Source: Octopus vulgaris (taxonomy: Eukaryota). Taken from it: a stretch of 64,000 bases of DNA. The stretch spans positions 133,424,001 through 133,488,000 of the forward strand of contig OX597819.1 in the NCBI GenBank assembly GCA_951406725.2. The letters run 5' to 3'. Positions 27,001 through 42,088 of the stretch are shown here, piece by piece. The translations under genes and the position numbers were made by a program. The notes beneath the pieces were generated by a model. It searched no databases, was not told the origin of the DNA, and saw nothing but the letters and a program-made list of their open reading frames with translations. Position 1 is the stretch's first letter; each line of letters starts with the position of its first letter.

Positions 27001-27100
27001 TTGTAGAAGACATGTGCCTCAAGCACCACACAGTGGGACCGAACCCGAGACCACACGATTGGAAAGCGAGCTCCTTCACCACACTGCAATGCCTGCACCT
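27001..27100 (-). mobile_element. SINE family A 5' half (3' half at 23690-23823), split by the mariner
   Basis: Collinear with the reverse complement of 51601-51700. Confidence 0.65.
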
Positions 27101-27750
27101 AAAAAGGAGGAATTTTAGAAACTTGTTGATAGTGTAGCAGCCAATCCGTGAATAATACCCTTGAGATTAGGAAAGCGTTCTACATTCTATTTCTGCCAGT
27201 TTTCATGTAAAATATTGGCACCGACTCCATCAGCTGCTTTATGCAAAGAGAAATACGCCATTCTACTTTCCTATGTATCATAGCAATATAGCTTCGTCTG
27301 TGAAACTGTTTGTTTATAATGCTTACAGTATTGAACGATTCGAATCCTTTCATATATTTCGATATTGATACATCAGGATCAATTTAATTGTGGAAAGTAT
27401 TCTACAATCCATAATAGCTTATAAATATTTAACTAGAGTTTCCCAGTGCATAGCAGTGCAAAGAAAGACTGAGTTAAAACCGATACTGATCGTATTACTA
27501 ACCCCTTTTGGTGATATGAACTTCGGATATTTGACAGAACTGCTATTAGAGTTTATTAGTTTAAATTTTCCTTGATGTCTTCCGCACATAAGTTGTCAGT
27601 TCCAGTCCGTGAATATTATTGAAACGCTAATATTTTGTAAAACTATAGTTTAATATATTTAATCTCACTATACGCTTGACAATTTAAATTTGTTATCCTT
27701 CAACTTACAGGAAATTTTACTGACAATCTCGCATTTTTGACTTGTGACAT

Positions 27751-27981
27751 AATAGAAATTTTATGTATGTATTGATATTGATGAAATTTCAGCGGACATG
27801 TTTGAAAATGACAATTAAATCATTTAAACAAAATTAATGATCGTTAAGAGACAATCTTGTAGTATTGACTTCTGAAATTAAATAGAATTTTATGTATGCG
27901 TTGATAGTGGTGAAATTTCAACAGAGGTGTTTGAAAATGACAATTAAATCATTTAAACAGAATTAATGATCGTTAAGACAA
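27751..27981. repeat. local ~130-bp-period tandem duplication
   Basis: 27751-27853 is repeated at 27881-27981 (TTTGAAAATGACAATTAAATCATTTAAACA identical). Confidence 0.85.
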
Positions 27982-28849
27982 GATGTCAGAAAGAGTGAGT
28001 AATGGTTTCTAAATTTTAAATGTGATTTCAAATAATCGTTTATTCAACAGTTCATTAAGATTAATTGCGAGTGCCGAGAAATTCCAATGAAATCACCTGG
28101 AATATCCTGCGACTAATATATAAAAATTAAACTGAATTCTCGTCAACGTTTCCATGAAATTACTTCGATTATTTTCATTAAAGAATCTGCTGGCCTTCTA
28201 CCACCACACATTACTACTACTACTACCTATAAATTCTCCTATCACTACCACCACCACCGCCACCGCCGCCACCGTCTCTATGGCTAGTAAGATGACACCA
28301 TAATGTGTGGCGACATGAGAGACCACTGAGTGCGTAAAACTAAATTTAGTAAACTACAGTGTCGTTCACTGATGTAGAGCCGTGGCAGAATTAACAGCGA
28401 AGCGTTAACAAATATTGTATTGAAATGTAAAGTGGTAGAAACAGGTTAATAAGCCTTAGGATCGCCCTTACATTTTTCTCTCTTTTTAATGTATAAATCA
28501 ACGATTTTCATTTCTGTTTAAATTATTTCGTTAAATGTATGTTGTACTAAATTTTACCTGACAACGTGGCATACGAAGCTAATAATTGACAGTAAATGTT
28601 TGGGTGTTAAGTAGTGTGTGTGCCTGTGTGTGTGTGTGTGTACGTGCGTGTATGTGTGTGTGAGTGTGTGTATATGTGTGTGTGTGTGAGTGTGAGGGAG
28701 TGTGTATATGCGTGCGTGTGATTTTGTGTGTGCGTGTGTGTATGTATGTGAGTGTGTGTATGTGTGTGTGTGAGCGAGTATGTATGTGTGTGCATGCTTG
28801 TATGTGTATGAATATGTGTCTGTGTATGTGTGTGCGTGCGTGTGTGTGC

Positions 28850-28892
<43 letters not shown>

Positions 28893-29944
28893 CGTGTGTG
28901 CTAGCAGAATTTAGCTGTGAATAATCGTTGACAGAAAACGCAAGAAGGTCGGGAGGCTGATGTCATGTGACTTCCCCATAACTATTGTTCCCTGCCAACC
29001 GAAGCCCTCTTACAGTTCTTCTGTTGGTGAATTAAGTTGGTGTCTGGATTTCAGTTGTCAAATGGAGTCATTCTTCACAATGTTAGTTATTTATAAACAC
29101 ATTGCTGTTATTCATCTCATTTAATCAGGTTGTTACAATGAGAGAATTGTGATGAACGATCACAAGTCACCTCGTCATTACACAGCCATCATTGGAACGA
29201 CGGCACCATTTCATGATCAAAAAGGAGATAGAATATAACACATCCCCAAAGATATGCAAACATAAACATGCACTCTCTCTCTCACACACACACACAAACA
29301 CACATACATGTATGTATGTACGCTTATATATATACACGTGTGTGTGTGTGTGTGTGTGCGTGTGCGTGTGTGCGTGTGTATGTCTGTGTGTATGTTTTTG
29401 TATTTGTCTCTCTTCAATAGTCAACAGGCATAGATTTGATGATGTCTCCGTACCTAGCCGTTCAGCAAAAGGGATCTGAAGAAAATATGTACTAGATTTT
29501 TAAATAAGTACCGGAATCAATTTGGTCGATGTAAAACCTTTGAAGGTGATACCCCAGCATGGCCGTATTAGAGCCGCTAAGACAAATAAGAAGATGAGAG
29601 TAGTTTTCCCGAATGCTATAATATACGCATGTTGAGTCAGACACCCAACTTTTCTGAATGTTACCATGAAACAAGAGTCGGATAGCTTTCCTCCATTGCA
29701 CTCTACAATATATTCTGGGGCCCATTGTTTGTATTTAACACTGTTCTAATATTTCTGGTTTTATGACATTTATGATAATAATAATTATGTATTATTCTGC
29801 ATTACGCCAGAATAGAAAGATAGAGTAAGACTTGTTTCAACACACGAGTTTACATCAAGAATTTTACAAGCCAAATACAAAAACGAGGACGGATGACAAT
29901 GCTCTTCTTTAAGACTAACTACTACACAATTCTATTCAACAAAT

Positions 29945-30660
29945 AGATGATAATTCTAGCATAACAGAAGTATAATTGCCATTGAAGTGATCCGTTTAGG
30001 AGCCCACACCCAAGCAAATGATGGTAGAACCTTCTACGGTCATTAAGCTGTAGTGACTCATCTTGTGATGACTCTAATTGTCAATATCTGGAATGGCTTG
30101 CCGGTACTACAAGATTTCGAAGATGCAACATTGATTTCACTTTACAAAGGAAAAAAGAACCAAGTCTAACTATGATAACTTACATGGTACTTTCTTTCGT
30201 GTAACTGGAGGTAAGATTTTCGCCAGACATTTATTGAATTTGTGGTAGACATGTACATTATCCATCATTACCATTATTACAGAATCTGAGAATGGATTTA
30301 GGTCTGGCAGAGTCTCCATGGATATGATCTCATGTTAGAATATTTAACATAAGTCCATAGAATAGAGACTTCTATTTTACCAGGTTCTCGTCCATTTAAC
30401 GAAAGACTTTGACATAGTGAATAGAAATACACTGAGGAAAAGTGATATAATTTGCTGATATAATTTGTCCAACAGTACACTGATTTGAAGGCTTTCTACA
30501 ATTCAAATTATGTGTCGGCCTCTCTCATTGGACAACGGTATTAATCAAATGGATATACATGCGCCAACTTTGCTCTCCATATGTTTTCCAGCTGTGATTG
30601 CTTATGCATTTAAGGACGTTGATGAGGGTGTCGTTGTCTGATATTACACAAAATGGGTTT
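29945..30660 (+). mobile_element. highly degenerate RTE-clade RT fragment
   Basis: IWNGLPVLQDFEDATLISLYKGK and TGGKIFAR.LL pieces with many stops and frameshifts. Confidence 0.6.
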
Positions 30661-30840
30661 ACAATCACAAATAACTTTTTTTTTATCAAACTGCAGACAC
30701 CTTTTCATTTTACTTTGAAAGAAATTTTAGTTATAGTAATGGTGGAATTAATTAGCGACAATCTTTTTTTCAGTTGAAATCTATTGTTATAATCTTTAAA
30801 ATACAAACGAATTGAAATGATGAGACGCACATATATATAT

Positions 30841-31005
30841 ATTTTCTCTCCTTGTTTTTTTTTTTGTGCCCCTTTCTGTAGAAGAGCGTAGGCTCGAAAC
30901 GTAAAAGACTTTTTCTATTTCTGAGCGTTATACTAATACATCTATTTGTTTTGTACACCACCTGTCTTCGTCTTTTGTTTCTTGTTTTTTTTCGTAAACT
31001 CTCCC
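30841..31005 (+). mobile_element. short HHR-like cassette (family H), copy B
   Basis: CUUU-CUGUAGAA-GAGC-GUAG-GCUC-GAAA-CG-UA-AAAG at 30872-30907; flanked by (TA)n. Confidence 0.6.
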
Positions 31006-31160
31006 TATATATATATATATATACATACCGGGCGTTGTGTGTGTTTATTGAGCGAAAACACCTAAAAGCTCCACGAGGCTCCGGCAGGAGGTGGTGATCC
31101 CTGCTGTACTCAAAAGGCGGTGCTCCAGCATGGCCGCAGTCGGATGACTGAAACAAGTAC

Positions 31161-31214
<54 letters not shown>

Positions 31215-31236
31215 ATGTTACATTACTCGGTAGTCA

Positions 31237-31299
31237 AGATAAAACTCTGAGTTTCAGATGCCGAAGTGGAAATCCACAACACCATCTCTTCGGTTATCT
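31237..31299 (-). ncRNA. minimal hammerhead ribozyme-like motif (core CCGAAGA)
   Basis: Same as the other copies except at core position N7 (31289). Confidence 0.7.
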
Positions 31300-33496
31300 G
31301 GCTATTTGAAAACGTTATGAAAAAATACCGTTAAAAATGAAGGGAAATTACTCTGTTATAACTCTGCTTTGCCTGCGTACTTATACATCGCTCGCATTTT
31401 TCGTCATAAAAATTATATAAAAATACATAAAAATATATAAAAATATATAAAAATATATAAAATCTTCTTGGGACATAACACAGAAAGCATGTTCTATCCG
31501 TTTTCTTTAGGGGACCAAAAACGTAACAGAAATTTAGTCACATGTGGGCATGATCCGAAAAGCTCTGTCCTTGTATTTAGACATGTGGTAGGGTCTAAGC
31601 TGCTTTTCCAGATAAGCCATCTCTCCATGTCGCATAAACCGCACCTTCCGCTGCCGTTAGTATAGGGCTTACATCTGGCCAAAATCTTCCATTGTATGTT
31701 ATAATCGACACCTTTATCTCTTAAAGACCAAATATGATTGGATAATTGTGTCGCTTTTCTTTTGTTCCAGTGCCTAAAGCTCAAAGTGTGGTTATTGAAC
31801 CTGGCCTTGAAATTACCCTCTGTCAGGCCCACGTATTTCTTCGTCGAAACGGTGTCTTTAGTGGTTATAGAGTTTACGGTAGCTTCATATATGATGGTCT
31901 TGGACATGCAAGCTCCATTTAGCGGGCACAATTCTTTATTCCTGCATGAACAGCTGTTTTCTTCTTGTGTTTTTTGTATGTTATGATTGATTATGTTTTT
32001 AAAATTGGTAGTTGAACTAAAACTAATTTTTAAATTGTGTCTATTGAAGAGTTTCCTATAAGCATGGTTAACTGGAAAATGTCTATCTATCAGTGCTAGG
32101 AAATATTTACCTATATTGAAGGCCACCTCGGGTGAGTAAGGGGGCGTAAACCAGATGACCTTCCTATTTCTATTATTCCTTTTCCTTATTGTTGGGCTGG
32201 TGATAGGTGTATATTTTATTTTTTCGCTAAAACCACTATCTTTTAAAGCTTTATTATAAACTGGGGCAACGCTATTGAAGATGTCCTCATTAGATGAGAG
32301 GCTAGAAATCCTCTTACTAATATTTTTAACTAAATTTTTGAATACTATAGGGGGATGGCATGAACCTACATTAATATAACTTAGTCTATCATTGGGCTTC
32401 CTATAAGGCTTATAAATATTATTATTAAGATCTAAGGAAACGTCTTAGATCTTAATAATAATATTTATAAGATCTTAATAATAATATTTATAAGCCTTAT
32501 AGGAAGCCCAATGATAGACTAAGTTATATTAATGTAGGTTCATGCCATCCCCCTATAGTATTCAAAAATTTAGTTAAAAATATTAGTAAGAGGATTTCTA
32601 GCCTCTCATCTAATGAGGACATCTTCAATAGCGTTGCCCCAGTTTATAATAAAGCTTTAAAAGATAGTGGTGGCCTTCAATATAGGTAAATATTTCCTAG
32701 CACTGATAGATAGACATTTTCCAGTTAACCATGCTTATAGGAAACTCTTCAATAGACACAATTTAAAAATTAGTTTTAGTTCAACTACCAATTTTAAAAA
32801 CATAATCAATCATAACATACAAAAAACACAAGAAGAAAACAGCTGTTCATGCAGGAATAAAGAATTGTGCCCGCTAAATGGAGCTTGCATGTCCAAGACC
32901 ATCATATATGAAGCTACCGTAAACTCTATAACCACTAAAGACACCGTTTCGACGAAGAAATACGTGGGCCTGACAGAGGGTAATTTCAAGGCCAGGTTCA
33001 ATAACCACACTTTGAGCTTTAGGCACTGGAACAAAAGAAAAGCGACACAATTATCCAATCATATTTGGTCTTTAAGAGATAAAGGTGTCGATTATAACAT
33101 ACAATGGAAGATTTTGGCCAGATGTAAGCCCTATACTAACGGCAGCGGAAGGTGCGGTTTATGCGACATGGAGAGATGGCTTATCTGGAAAAGCAGCTTA
33201 GACCCTACCACATGTCTAAATACAAGGACAGAGCTTTTCGGATCATGCCCACATGTGACTAAATTTCTGTTACGTTTTTGGTCCCCTAAAGAAAACGGAT
33301 AGAACATGCTTTCTGTGTTATGTCCCAAGAAGATTTTATATATTTTTATATATTTTTATATATTTTTATGTATTTTTATATAATTTTTATGACGAAAAAT
33401 GCGAGCGATGTATAAGTAGGCAGGCAAAGCAGAGTTATAACAGAGTAATTTCCCTTCATTTTTAACGGTATTTTTTCATAACGTTTTCAAATAGCC

Positions 33497-33559
33497 AGAT
33501 AACCGATGAGATGGTGTTGTGGATTTCCACTTCGGCATCTGAAACTCAGAGTTTTATCT
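33497..33559 (+). ncRNA. minimal hammerhead ribozyme-like motif
   Basis: Identical to 6956-7018. Confidence 0.7.
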
Positions 33560-33655
33560 TGACTACCGAGTAATGTAACATATTGTATAGATAAATTTCC
33601 TCTATTTACATAATATTGAGGTCTCTTTCTTTCTTTTGTTATCTTACCGTTTTAT

Positions 33656-33687
<32 letters not shown>

Positions 33688-33742
33688 GGCGGTGCCCCAG
33701 CATGGCCACAGCTCATGAGCTGAAACTAGAATCAATCAATCA

Positions 33743-33817
<75 letters not shown>

Positions 33818-35592
33818 GAATATTATAGGTAAACTGTTTGTTGTCAATCATTTCAAAACCAAATCATAGAATTTATATCTCCGTTCGCAATTTGTGGAAT
33901 TCAAACGATTGTAAGCTTTGGCATCTTTTAAAACAAGATATCCAGAAAGTAATACACCTCTTTTTCTGTATTTATTTTCTATAAGTCTTCAAAGCTCAGC
34001 CACAAAAAAGAGATTTCCTAACATCACAAAACGAATTTTAGTTCTTGAACATGAGTGATGATAACTGAAAACATCTCATACTACTGGTGTTGGTGGTGTT
34101 GTTGATGGTGCTGTTGTTGTTGCTGTTGTTGGTGGTGTTGGCAGTGGTGGTTGTGGTTGTGGAGGCGATCGTCATCGTAAACATAAACTACAGTCCATTA
34201 AAGGTTTGTGTAATTGTCACGAAGGAGATGATCTGACAATACTTTACCTTGCATTACATTTTCAAAAGGCTTCCATGGAAAGTCATGCATCAGAAGACCA
34301 AAAGGAGGACGCATACCTGCTGTCCCTTTTCTCTGAATATGCGCATACCTACAGCCACGTTGAAAATCACTTTTGGACAAACGCACCAGATATCATATAA
34401 CAAATATTCACATATATGCGTACCTCATCATCTCATATACAAAACTAGTTACATTTTAAAGTTTCTGGCGAAACAATTATCTCTGCCATTACTTCGACAA
34501 AAGATTTCTCTAAAATAAAACGAAAAGTACTGTGCAATTTCAGTAAACCATATTTGTGAATGTAAACCCATCTCTTCTAAATATGTGTTAATAAATTAAC
34601 TAAAAGCGTAGAGATAACAGACTTCATATGGTTTCCACTTTATACACGATTCAAAATGTACGTTATTCACTATTTTCATGAGTAAGTTCATGAAAATAAA
34701 GTTTTCATCGTATATGTAAGTTGTCAAAAAATAATTAAGTTCGTTTAATTAATTAACAGAAGTGAAAGATCTGAAGCAGTGTTACTGGACAACACCAAAA
34801 AGACGCCACTGACCAGACACCATCTGTGAAACTATACTAAACTGAGTTATTAACAACCTCACTCTGGTTAATGTCTAACGAAATATGCTAATTACCTAAT
34901 TATATATTCAAATCTCAAATATATAGGTTAAATGGCACAATGTTTCAAAGTCTCACAAAGCGCCACTCCTTAGTCAGGCTGTTACCGAGTTCAATGCGGT
35001 TGTATACTATTATAATGGATCTATTCAATGCTTGCCTTCCATTTCGATAGAATATATACAAGTAGTCATGCCGTTAACCTTTCTCATCCAATTTTTGGTT
35101 TGTCATTTACTATTCTTATGTCAAAAGCCGTAATACACTGTTAAAAATATCTGAACTTTAGAAATTGAAATAATCCTCCATATGTTTTTTAAGAACCAAA
35201 ACCTTATAAAAAATATAACCGTTTTTTTCAAATGAATGTAACGCTTTGTATGGAATCTATTTTTGGAAGTTGGGCAGGTGATCATTCGTGCAATATCCAG
35301 AGATATTGCATGAATAAAAAAGAAGAAAAAAACTATTAAGCTCAGCAATAAAGAGTATTCTATTTTTCTAGAGAAAGTCTTCCAAAGCATAGCATAGCTG
35401 ATGAATATGGGTTTATACTACAAGAAAATAGATCCTTTTGTAGGCAGCATAAAACGGAACAGAATGCGAAATAATTTTATGATATATTTCGACATGGGCC
35501 ACTGCAGCAATACACATTTGAACAATGTACATTTTCTTTGATTACAAATCACTTTTAAATTTTCGTAGGACATCAATGAATTCCGTGGTCAC

Positions 35593-35645
<53 letters not shown>

Positions 35646-36642
35646 GTGTGTGTGTCTGTGTTTGCGTGTACGTGTGCGCTTGTGTTGTGTGTTTCTTGCG
35701 AGGGAATGTTCCATTCTTAATAGTAGTGGGAATTGAAATGATAATAATGAAGAAAATATGATGATAGTGAAAGTCAGACTTTACGCAGAGAATTATTAAA
35801 ACTATTATTTTATATCGACGTATTTTCGTATTTTAGCGCTTTCCTTTTCATTATAGAATCTGAACAAGACAGTCTTTGATCATTTCGCTAAATTCAGGGA
35901 TTAAGTGCTATTCCAACTACATTCTTGCAATACGCATGCGTGTATTTTTTATATTGTTTGTGCGCGTGTGTTTTTGTGTGTATCTGTGTATTTTTTGTTT
36001 TGGCGTGTGTGTGAGTATGTGTGTGCGTGTGTGTGAGTATGTGTGTGCGTGTGTTTGTGTATGTGTGTGTGTGTGAGTGTTTGCGTTTAGGAGTATATGA
36101 ATAAATACTTCAATTTTGTATGAAAGTCGATCTTTAACCTGAAGCTTGTTCATCTTTAAACTGCAAAGCTGTATTGGCAACATCAGAATATTTAATCAAT
36201 GAACGATATCCCATCAATGCTTTGCTTTAGAACTGATCCCCTCTCACATACACAACTACAGACACAATACACACGCACGTACACACACACACAATACATA
36301 TATATATATAAATATGTAGGTAAAAATTAATCATATATATATATAATCGCATGCCTGCGCACGCGCATATGTATATACATAGCACAGAGTAAAATTATTT
36401 ATTTATTTCGCAGTATAGCGATAGATGTAAGGGATTGTAGTTCGGGTGGCCTGTATTATTCTGCTGTGACCTTAAGGTAGAACCAGAGACGTCAGACGTT
36501 TGGCAGCAGTTCTTCACAGCTGGCGACTTGAAGTATTGCTGCCTTACAATGCTTCACTTTCGTTTTGTCTATAAATAATAGTATTAAAGTTATTAAATCT
36601 TGGAAACAGCCAATGACATACATCAGTGTACTTAAATATGTA

Positions 36643-36694
<52 letters not shown>

Positions 36695-37442
36695 ACATAC
36701 ACACGTACTACACGCGCACATACATACATACATACAAGCAAATATGTATGTGTGTGTGAATGTGTGTGTGCAATTGTATAGAGATATCGATGCCGGTACA
36801 CCCATACATACACACACACATACATACAGTCCTGGATGAAGAATTCGGAGTTGAAGTTCAATTCATTTCAGTATTATAACATTTTTTCTATACTGAGCAG
36901 ATCCATCTCTCACCAATTTGCCCGTTTATACACATGAACATTGGTTTATGTGTGTCTTTGTTGTAGTTTTATTAAAGTTAGTGTTTAATCCTGTCTATAA
37001 ATTGATTGATTGAATGAATGTGGTCATTAAACTTTCACTTTTATATTATACTACGGAAGACAGTAAGGGTTATAATTTTTGTATAACGTAACGGATTGTT
37101 CACTGTTTAGTTACGTATTTAAGAGTTGGTTGTAATTTACTTATTGAATTTATTCACCGATACGGATGTACATAAGGTTCAATATGCTTGAAAGTTGTGG
37201 ATTCTTGGGTTTGTTTGTTCCCAAACAACACTTATGTTAGTGCTGTTGACACTGCCAGATTGAGTGGTACTGCCCAGGGGTCGAAGCCAAAAATAAACTA
37301 GAATAATAAAATAATTAATCAATACATATACTTAAATATATGAAAATACTAAATATACATAATTGAAAACTAAAACAATATTTAAATTATATAAAATACA
37401 CAAAGCTAATACAATTCAGTAAATTGTAATCAAAATAAGAAA

Positions 37443-37596
37443 TGGTTCAAATATAGACAAACCCCTTAAATAATCTAACCATATAATCAATATAACTTTG
37501 TTATAGATTCTTATATTATATTAAATCTATAGATACTACACATGTATATTGATTATATGGTTAGATTATTTAAGGAGTCTGTCTATATTTGAACCA
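37443..37596. repeat. 52-bp inverted repeat (2 mismatches) with 50-bp spacer
   Basis: 37443-37494 versus the reverse complement of 37545-37596. Confidence 0.9.
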
Positions 37597-37601
37597 ATAA
37601 C

Positions 37602-37633
<32 letters not shown>

Positions 37634-37656
37634 AAAAAAAAAATGATAATAATAAT

Positions 37657-39199
<1,543 letters not shown>

Positions 39200-39204
39200 T
39201 ATAA

Positions 39205-39325
39205 TCCTTTCTACTCTAGACCCCAGTACTCAACTGATATTTAATTTATCAACCCCGAAAGGATGAAAGGCAAAATCGTCCTCAGGAGAATTTGGACTCA
39301 GAGCGTGACGAACGAAACGCTGTTT
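39205..39325 (-). mobile_element. SINE family B fragment
   Basis: ACCCCGAAAGGATGAAAGGCAAAATCG is the reverse complement of the family B core. Confidence 0.6.
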
Positions 39326-39629
39326 AATCTCTCTCTCTATATATATATATGTATAATCCTTTGTCTCTCTGTTCTGAATGCATTCTCGAACGACTAAACC
39401 AAATCAAATCAAATTTTACATGGTAATACTATCAGATCCCGTGAGTGTCAACATATAATGTTTTTGGGATTAAAACAACGCTCCATTGGCACTGGTTTCG
39501 TATTTTGCGTCAAAACTCAAAGAATAAAAGTAAGAGAATAATATCTACATTGTAATAAAAGTGAAAGAATCACATCTATATTGTAATGGGAAATATTGTT
39601 TCACTTTTATACTCTTAGTGTTAATACTA

Positions 39630-40420
39630 ACCACGACGACGACGACGTCACATATTGTACCTGATGGCGTATCTGTCTGTGAATGTATGTGTGTGAGTGT
39701 ATGAGTGTGTATACGTCTCACAGTTTGTGTATACCTTTCCGTGTTAGGTACGTTATTAAAGGTAATATATGCTTCACTTTTATAATTTTACTTTTAATTG
39801 TAACCACGTTATGAAAGACACTATATGTATGCGTGGGCTGGTTAACCACAACGACGACGACGACGACGACATCACATTTTGAATATGATTGTATATCTGT
39901 CTGTGAATGTATGTGTGTGAGTGTATGAGTGTGTATATGTCTCACAGTGTGTGTGTGTGTCTTTCCAAGCTAGGTACGCTATTAAACACACTATATTTAT
40001 CTAAGGACTGGTCAATGCGAAATTTTATTTTCATTTCGATTAAAGCAATATAACATTTCATAGATGTACTTGCATCACATTTTGTATGACTGTCTATCTG
40101 TCTGTAAGTGTATGTGTGTAAGTGCATGAGTGTGTATATGTGTGTGTATATGCGTGCGTCTTTCTGCCTTAAGTACATTATTAAACCAACATACATATAC
40201 ATATCCAATGAGTGACAGGCGCTAATGTATGTCTGCTTGTGTGGCTATCTTAGTATATGTATGTGAACGTGTGTCAGGAACATTTTTATACCACAACGAT
40301 GACGACAACGTCACATTTTGTATATAGTTGTATGTCTGTCTGTGAGTGTATGAGTGTGTATGTGTCTGTGTGTGTGTGTGTGCTTCCGCGTTAGTACATT
40401 ATTAAACACACGCACACACA
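39630..40420. repeat. four degenerate ~220-bp-period units containing GAC and GT microsatellites
   Basis: Recurring TCACATTTTG..TCTGTCTGTGA.TGTATG..TTAGGTAC.TTATTAAA at ~39633, 39848, 40072 and 40290. Confidence 0.65.
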
Positions 40421-40789
40421 CACACATCTACATATACATATGTGACAACTGACATGCCTGAATGCATGTATGTGAGTTCTAGATGTGAAACTCTCGAACA
40501 ATAACAATGAAGGGGCAAGGTCCAAGGTATATATGAAAATACACATTTACTGTTCCATTACCAGTTAATAATTATCGCAGCAATGCAAGGTTGCAAGATA
40601 TTTACAATGACATATTTACCCTTACATTAAGAAATTTATCCTATATAAGTATCAATATATATATATATATAATTCCTTATCTCTCTATAATAATTATTGT
40701 GGCATTTACTGTTAAATTAGCAGTACCATACATGTGCTTTTGTTTCGTTAATTTACACTGCATACAAAAATACAGACATACTATATACA

Positions 40790-41232
40790 TACCACGACGT
40801 TGTGATCAAGGACTATAACAGAGGAACTTGTCTGTTAATAGATATGTTTGTCCAACAAGATCCAGATGTCTCAAGAAAGGAATGCGAAAAGTTTTCTCAC
40901 CATAAATATCTGCAAATTGAAATCACAAAAATGTGGAAGCTTAGTACTCCTTAATACCAGTAGTAATTGGTGCGTTAGGAATGATAAAGAAGGGAGCTGA
41001 GAAGTATACTAAGCAACTCCCTGGTAACTCCAACCTTCGTGAACTACAAAGATAAACTTGATGGGTACAGGCCATATACTACGGAATACACCCACCATCT
41101 AAATTGGAATAAATGTGGTGATGATTTTAGTACGCATAGCAAAACAAAAGTGCCCTTGCTACTCTTGGCCTCCGGAGGATGCCCGGTACTAAGGCAGCTG
41201 GAATAAAGTTATAATGAAAGGAAACCATAAAT
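40790..41232 (+). mobile_element. Dong/R4-type 3' fragment (distinct family), degenerate
   Basis: DVVIKDYNRGTCLLIDM, YLQIEITKMWKL, IPVVIGALGMIKKGAEKY; ends in a short (TAA)n. Confidence 0.8.
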
Positions 41233-42041
41233 GATAATAATAATAATATGGTTGCTTATCTAGACATAGTTAAATGTGCTTAAACGATAAACTTATGGAA
41301 AGTTTCACAGACTTTTTTCAGTTCGAGTGATGAATCGGATCTTTACTCTTCGAATCAGCTTTCTCCTTTCTGGTTTGTATGTATGTATGTATGTATGTAT
41401 GTATGTATGTATGTATGTATGTATGTATGTATGTATGTATGTATGTATGTATGTATATATGTATGTGTGTGTGTATTCATCTTTTTACTGCAAAAAATCT
41501 AAAACTTTTAGCATTTCTTTCATATGATAATCACGTTTGCGTGAGAAGTTAGATATGCGGTTTATTTTTCCTCGAACATCTGGTTAATGATTTAATAGCA
41601 CCGGTTCCACAGAATGATTATTTGCCAAATAAAGATGCCTCCATATAATTTCTACAGTTATTACATGTTACTATATTGCATTTGTGCTGACACATAATTT
41701 CCTTTTAGTCTCCATTCCCAAAGTATCAGCTTGTAATTTGTGGTTCACCGTGTAAACACAATAAGTACCGAGTAGCTGGAAATTAGCAAAATCAATGAAA
41801 CATGGTTTTCGTAAAAGAAAACAACTAATATATTCCAAGTTCCGCTTCGAATGTCTCTCTGCTGATAATGTTCTTATTGTATAACATGCATTAGCCAGTT
41901 CTTGTCGCCACCATATTTTAATTTTGTATATTTCTGTACTTACTGAGGTAGTTAACTGCTTCTACATTCCTATCTCTTTCGAAGCGCCTTTTTTTATATT
42001 AATCAATGTAATTAAAACACTGGACTTTTCTGACTTTTTTA

Positions 42042-42088
<47 letters not shown>

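Larger units (their letters stand above)
31207..33660. mobile_element. Penelope-like element insertion 2, near-perfect palindrome (left arm minus 31207-32445, right arm plus 32444-33660), in (TA)n
   Basis: Near-identical to insertion 1; GIY-YIG ORFs 31494-32126(-) and 32667-33302(+); 7-nt central loop. Confidence 0.93.

Noticed and set aside
35284-35315. 14-bp hairpin ATTCGTGCAATATC-CAGA-GATATTGCATGAAT
   Set aside because: Too short for a pre-miRNA and no recognisable mature sequence; may be chance
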